64,000 bases of DNA from Candidatus Poribacteria bacterium. Its GTDB lineage: Bacteria; Poribacteria; WGA-4E; PCPOR2b. The translations under genes and the position numbers were made by a program. Shown in pieces: positions 58,937 through 64,000 of this stretch (the stretch's first letter is position 1; every line of letters begins with the position of its first letter). The notes under the pieces were generated by a model, which did no database searches, was not told the origin of the DNA, and saw only the letters and a program-made list of their open reading frames with translations. The stretch lies in assembly GCA_965208325.1 (NCBI GenBank), contig OZ242326.1, forward strand, positions 800,001 to 864,000, written 5' to 3'.

Positions 58937-60757
58937 TTGCAAACGCAGAAGGTTTGGGGACCGCTCCAGTCGAGTAAATTGGATTCAACAGCCAATTCTA
59001 AATGGCATTTGCCGTTCCAGGCGATGGTTTCAATAAGTTCTGCTACATTGCTCAAGCCACCGAAACAAACCTCCAATTCACTGCATGCGTTTACCTTCAT
59101 ACTCGTATGTACGCTCTTTTGTCCTTCCTCTGCAAACACCCTCCAATCGAACGCTGGCTTCATCAATATAGCGGCCGACGCTGGGATTGATTTTGAACAC
59201 ACCGACGGCAAGAGTGAATTGCGTCTCTTCAATGAATACCTCGGTGCGGGCGGCGGTTTTTTCGACTATAACAATGACGGACATCTAGACATCTATCTCG
59301 TAAACGGCGCGCTTCAAACCGATCAGCGCAAACACATCCAATCGTCCATTCCGACAAACGCCCTGTATCGAAATAACGGAGATGGTACGTTTTCTAATGT
59401 TACAAGCTCAACTGGTGCAGGCGACACCGGCTACGGCGTTGGCGCCGCAGTCGGCGATTATGACAACGACGGAGATTTGGATTTATATGTGACAAATTTT
59501 GGTGCCAATGCCTTCTATCGCAATAATGGAGACGCGACCTTCGAAGAGGTGTCATTAAACGCCGGCGTTGCAAATTTACAATGGGGGACTAGCTGTGCGT
59601 TTGCCGATGTGAACAATGACGGCTACCTCGACTTATACATTTCGAACTATGCGGATTACGCCATTGAACGGGACAAACGGTGCGTTATCAGAGGAATATG
59701 GCAATACTGCGGTCCAGGTACGTATCCGCCTGATACAGATGTCCTTTATCATAACAACGGTGACGGCACATTCTCTGATGTGTCGAACACAAGCGGGGTT
59801 TTGAACGTGCCAGCCTATCACGGCTTAGGCGTGGTTTTCGGCGATTACGACAACGACGGTGATCAAGATGTCTATGTGGCAAATGATCAGGATGCAAATT
59901 TCTTATTTCGGAATCGCGGAGATGGGGCATTTGACGAGGTGGCGTTAGCGACAGGCGTTGGGTATAGCGACATGGGTAAGGAGGAGGCGGGGATGGGAAC
60001 CGCTTTTGGCGATTACGACAATGACGGCATGCTGGATTTGACGGTGAGCAATTTTCAAAATGAAACCAATACGTTGTATCACAACCGAAGCGGAGAATAT
60101 TTTACCGATGAGACGATAACATCCGGAATTGGCGAGGTGACGTATAGCTACCTAGGGTGGGGAATTTCTTTTTTCGACTATGACAACGACGGCTACAAGG
60201 ACGTATTTGTCGCAAATGGGCACGTTTTGGATAACATCGCTGAAATCGATCGTTCCACAACGTACCCCCAGCAGAATTTGCTGTTTAGGAACCTTGGGGA
60301 CGGCACATTTGCCGATGTTACAAATCAGGCGGGGTCAGGGTTGGAGCTCCGCAAGGTCAGCCGCGGCGCCGCCTTTGGAGATTACGATAACGACGGCGAC
60401 ATTGATATCTTGATTACAAATTGGAATCAAACAGCCGATCTGTTACGAAATGACGGAGGAAATCAGAATAACTGGGTGCAGTTCAGAGCGGTTGGCGTAA
60501 ATAGCAATCGATCGGCAATTGGGGCGCGAATCAAAGTTACTTCGGGAAAATTGTCGCAATACGCCGAGGTCCAGTGCGGCGGCAGTTACCTGTCGTTCAA
60601 CGACCTGCGCGTCCATTTCGGACTTGGTAAGTCAGAAAAAGTAGATTTCATTGAAATTCGATGGCCAAGCGGGAAAATTGATAGCGCAGATAATCTGCCC
60701 GTAAATCAACTGTATGTCGTAACCGAAGGGCATGGACTATCGCAATATCAAGACTGA
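58937..60757 (+). CDS. CRTAC1-like protein: FG-GAP/VCBS beta-propeller plus ASPIC/UnbV domain (start probably later)
   Basis: Repeated DYDNDGxLD and LYRNNGDGTF motifs; C-terminal AIGARIKV, GGSYLS, HFGLG and IRWPSG. Confidence 0.92.
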   Translation: MQTQKVWGPLQSSKLDSTANSKWHLPFQAMVSISSATLLKPPKQTSNSLHAFTFILVCTLFCPSSANTLQSNAGFINIAADAGIDFEHTDGKSELRLFNEYLGAGGGFFDYNNDGHLDIYLVNGALQTDQRKHIQSSIPTNALYRNNGDGTFSNVTSSTGAGDTGYGVGAAVGDYDNDGDLDLYVTNFGANAFYRNNGDATFEEVSLNAGVANLQWGTSCAFADVNNDGYLDLYISNYADYAIERDKRCVIRGIWQYCGPGTYPPDTDVLYHNNGDGTFSDVSNTSGVLNVPAYHGLGVVFGDYDNDGDQDVYVANDQDANFLFRNRGDGAFDEVALATGVGYSDMGKEEAGMGTAFGDYDNDGMLDLTVSNFQNETNTLYHNRSGEYFTDETITSGIGEVTYSYLGWGISFFDYDNDGYKDVFVANGHVLDNIAEIDRSTTYPQQNLLFRNLGDGTFADVTNQAGSGLELRKVSRGAAFGDYDNDGDIDILITNWNQTADLLRNDGGNQNNWVQFRAVGVNSNRSAIGARIKVTSGKLSQYAEVQCGGSYLSFNDLRVHFGLGKSEKVDFIEIRWPSGKIDSADNLPVNQLYVVTEGHGLSQYQD

Positions 60758-60803
60758 ACTCTGTATATTTATTGTAGCCGGGAACTTCACCGTTCCGATT
60801 CGG

Positions 60804-61679
60804 TTATCGCGGCCAACGGTAAGGTTGAGCCCCCTGTGAAAACTTGAGTGCAAACTCCCACCTTTGGCACCACGTCGTGTAATCGGTCTGTAGCGAATCC
60901 GGTCGTGACTGGCTTCGCATCAAGAATGCAGGATAATAGGGGCGCCCCGTCGGTTGATAAGCGTCGTGGTAGCGTAAGTCAAAACTCCATCGCACCGTGT
61001 CTGTTTTGTTCAATAGCGAGTGGTGCATCGTGTAGTTGTGGAATAGGAGTATACCGCCAGCCCGAACCGGAAGCGGTATTGGTTCTATTTGAGGGCGTTC
61101 TTCAAGCGGTATATCCAGTCCATGGGGCGAAAAAACGTGCTTCCGAAGCCCTTGTTTATGGCTACCGGGTACCACTTCAAGACAACCATTATCCAAGGTC
61201 ACATCTACGATGGGTATCCAAATTGTTAGGATAAAAAACGGGTCGGTTTCAGGCCAACAGACACCCGCGTCCTGATGCCACGGGGTCGGCCCCTTAGCGA
61301 TTTTGCCGTGCGGTAGTGTAGCTCGGATGTGTTGTATGGGGTTGCACAGAATCTCCGACCCAACGAAGGATTCCGCCAGATCCAAAATTTTGGGGTTTTT
61401 TAAGAAGTTGAAGGACGCCTCGCCGCGTGCTTGCATGATGTCCAAATTGTCAGCAATCTCTGGGGCTTCTTCAGCTAAGCAAACGAGTCGGCGCGTAAAT
61501 GGTTCATTTTCGTGCAGCGAGCTAACTCGTCCTTCGGCATAATACCGCCGCGCACGTTCATCAATGATAGCGGAATACTCCTCGATGACCGGCTGCAGGT
61601 CGTCCTCATCCAGCCAATCCTCTAGCAATAGAAATCCGTTTTCATAAAAAGACGAGACTTGCGATTCCGTTAAATGCAT
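60804..61679 (-). CDS. Phytanoyl-CoA dioxygenase (PhyH) family Fe/2OG dioxygenase
   Basis: FYENGF, WHQD, NGCLEVVPGSH and HHS..N....RWS motifs. Confidence 0.92.
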   Translation of the reverse strand: MHLTESQVSSFYENGFLLLEDWLDEDDLQPVIEEYSAIIDERARRYYAEGRVSSLHENEPFTRRLVCLAEEAPEIADNLDIMQARGEASFNFLKNPKILDLAESFVGSEILCNPIQHIRATLPHGKIAKGPTPWHQDAGVCWPETDPFFILTIWIPIVDVTLDNGCLEVVPGSHKQGLRKHVFSPHGLDIPLEERPQIEPIPLPVRAGGILLFHNYTMHHSLLNKTDTVRWSFDLRYHDAYQPTGRPYYPAFLMRSQSRPDSLQTDYTTWCQRWEFALKFSQGAQPYRWPR

Positions 61680-61893
61680 GATAATCGTGTCCTAACGTAA
61701 CAACCTAAAGTCCGCGCGTCTTAATCTTCAGCAGTCACCTTCAACAGATTGCGTGCGAGTTGCAGGAAACCCAAACAAGACAATCTCGACCTCGGACACC
61801 GCCGCAACGAAAGTAACCGCGCAACGCGGTTCTTCGCTTTTGCTCGATTGAAAGAATCAATATCAGATTGCCGCTGAAATATCGGGTTCTATA

Positions 61894-62691
61894 CTAATCC
61901 CATTGAATTACACCTTGATTCCCCTTCAATGTGACGGTCGGCGTCATCAATACCTCGCCTTCCTTTATATCAGGCATCCCAATCGGATCTAAAGCATGTG
62001 CAATTCTGCGGGAGAGGTGTTTCCCCAAATCTGCCTCCATCTCACTATCGGTCTTAAATGTAACCTGCCGCCGCTGCTCTGTTTGATAGGCATACCAATA
62101 CTTGATATAGCCTCTGATTGAATCATTGAATATCAGTTGTCCGGAATTCGTATCAATCACCTTTATCCAAGCGCGCATGTACGCACTCAGCCGTGTGCGA
62201 ACAAAGGTTGCGGATCCTGATATCCCTGCTTGCCTCCCTAGCCGCTGGAGCAGCGTGTTATAATCTTTTCTAGCAAAGGTCGGCTCATCCAGCTTTCCAA
62301 CCACAATCAGATTTGCGTTTAACTCTCTCCCTACTTTTGCGGCTAATGCAGAATCCTCAAACATGTGACTCAGAGTTACGCCCATCTCTTCGAGCTTCGA
62401 TGCAACCGGGTTTACACTCTTCGACTGATCATAAACGAACTGTATTTCTTTGTCTGCATTCTTGAACTTCAAATCGAAGTTTTCTGCCACCCGAATCGGA
62501 ACCCATCTGCCAAGTTTTTCAGCCATCTCCGCGATAAACGGAGCAATCGCAACTCCTTGCGCCTGTTCAATAGGAGGAGGAGTGGTGATTTTTTCACCTT
62601 CGATCGCTTTAGTGCAGCCAGCAACTATAACAAGACCCGCCAAAATCAGAAAAACTTGAAACGGAACAGAAACCATCAACGCTCTCTTCAT
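61894..62691 (-). CDS. Lipoprotein of unknown function (possibly CsgG/TolB_N-like fold)
   Basis: AGGAG RBS, VAGC lipobox, VAIAPF, AAKVGRELNANLIVVG and KVIDTNSGQLI motifs. Confidence 0.7.
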   Translation of the reverse strand: MKRALMVSVPFQVFLILAGLVIVAGCTKAIEGEKITTPPPIEQAQGVAIAPFIAEMAEKLGRWVPIRVAENFDLKFKNADKEIQFVYDQSKSVNPVASKLEEMGVTLSHMFEDSALAAKVGRELNANLIVVGKLDEPTFARKDYNTLLQRLGRQAGISGSATFVRTRLSAYMRAWIKVIDTNSGQLIFNDSIRGYIKYWYAYQTEQRRQVTFKTDSEMEADLGKHLSRRIAHALDPIGMPDIKEGEVLMTPTVTLKGNQGVIQWD

Positions 62692-62863
62692 GATTCAGTT
62701 TCACTCCTTACCTTAAATGAATAAAATGCGAACTCGCTTTTTTGGAAACGCACAGATTATAGCACAGTTAGATTCCTATGTCAATCATCTCCATGAAAAC
62801 TAAAAAAAAATGTAGGGCAGGTACTGAACCCGATCCTAATCATGTGGAGTACCAGACAGAATT

Positions 62864-63175
62864 CTACAACAAAAGATATTTGAGCATTAGTCTCAATCCT
62901 TTCACCAATAGGGGTGACACAATTTTTGTCATCTGTACAGATTTGTTTACTACGCCTCCACGCCTGATTTGGTGCGGGTTTTCGCAACCTTCGCGCACAA
63001 TTCGCCGGAATTCTGTAAATAAAATGTTACACCTATTTCCATACTCGGTCAGAACGTTATCCCCTAGACCAAATAATTTCAAACTGCCCGGATGCCATGG
63101 TACATGCGGATTTACGAGTCCAAACCGAGTCTAAATTGAAGCGGAATGCTGGATTTGGCATATATTTTGCGATGT
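62864..63175 (-). pseudogene. Possible degraded Uma2/DUF820 endonuclease fragment
   Basis: Fragments in two frames (HRKIYAKSSIP; GLVNP...LKLFGLGD...; KIVSPLLVKGLRL) recall the Uma2 C-terminal pattern K..Y...GIPEYWxVxP...SPLLxG. Confidence 0.35.
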
Positions 63176-63812
63176 AAAACCTATATTTTAAGTAATGGAT
63201 TAAGCCCAATAGTAGTGTTCTGTCTAGTGATACCTAAGGGGTTACAATAGCATCATTTAGGCGAAAATGTAAACGTTCGATACTACATGGGCTTCACTAA
63301 ATGAGGGTTGACTCAACGGGGGTGACGACTTGAGCGCTAAACGCAAAACACAAAGATATTTTCGCAAGATAATTAAGCGGTACCTAAAGCGGCAAAATCC
63401 TAGGATGCAGGTAATATACCGTAAGACAACCGCAAACTACTAATCGCCGCGAGAGATTTCAAGTAAAGATTTAAAATGGCGTATGCGGATAGCTAGAGCA
63501 TCTTCAGATGGTTATAAAGGCTGACTTCAACTGTTCTAATTTGCCGCACTTCTTTCTTTCAGCAAGCATAAACTCCAAATCAACCTACAAGATAAAACGC
63601 AATGGACTCAATACTGAAATGAGTGGCGAAGATGGAGCTATAAAGGTTCGCAGTAGCGCAATATGTTGTACGTTTTTGCGCCAATTATCATACTAGGCGT
63701 CGTACAAGCAGGTTAAGAATGAATTGACGTGCAATCGATTGCGTTAATACAAAATGAACTGCGTAACCGCATGCATGCGTCAACCGCGAAAACATGTCGC
63801 ATCAATCACATT

Positions 63813-64000
63813 TTACTTACGGCTAAAGCCCATAATTCCTATGATACCGAGCAATGCTAGATTTGGGAATAGCAGCGGCGCAAGTATCGGTGCGCCGTGG
63901 AGAAAGCTCTCTCTTACGCTTTCAGCGGGCGCTGCGAGATTCGCCAGCAGGTGCAAATAGAAGCCGACAACGCCCGCCAAACCGTTCAGCGCCAAGATTA
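63813..64000 (-). CDS. C-terminus of a membrane protein; the 5' part lies outside the window
   Basis: Open to the window edge: ...GLAGVVGFYLH...GAPILAPLLFPNLALLG, hydrophobic. Confidence 0.7.
   Translation of the reverse strand, partial: ILALNGLAGVVGFYLHLLANLAAPAESVRESFLHGAPILAPLLFPNLALLGIIGIMGFSRK

Overview
A 64-kb bacterial chromosomal window of moderate GC content, from a diderm organism (lptF/lptG, several beta-barrel proteins). It holds about 50 CDS and I found no rRNA, tRNA, CRISPR array or intact transposase. The gene mix (LamG domains, PhyH dioxygenase, FG-GAP/ASPIC-UnbV plus TPR proteins, DUF362, futalosine-pathway mqnD, GTAG-type REPs) suggests Candidatus Poribacteria or a similar lineage; this is inference only. 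Housekeeping genes (def, dapB, plsC-cmk-tyrA, dnaE, nth, aroA, gdh, lptFG, dsbD, glcDEF, larE) are interleaved with catabolic and envelope genes. The most interesting observations are: (1) a self-contained ~140-nt promoter-to-terminator RNA upstream of dapB with 14 nt of complementarity to the typical 16S rRNA 3' tail; (2) a divergent RuBisCO-like protein paired with a Gfo/Idh/MocA dehydrogenase and a divergently transcribed DHDPS-family aldolase; (3) an envelope operon of Tat-exported DUF362, a small CxxxxC lipoprotein, a decayed LVIVD gene and a beta-barrel; (4) a putative tandem Hfq/Sm-fold protein; (5) a circularly permuted LamG domain inserted in a GT-C-type membrane glycosyltransferase. 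There are also several gene remnants, a REP-carrying MITE-like element and an unexplained multi-hairpin region. All family calls come from motif recognition by eye; no searches were run.
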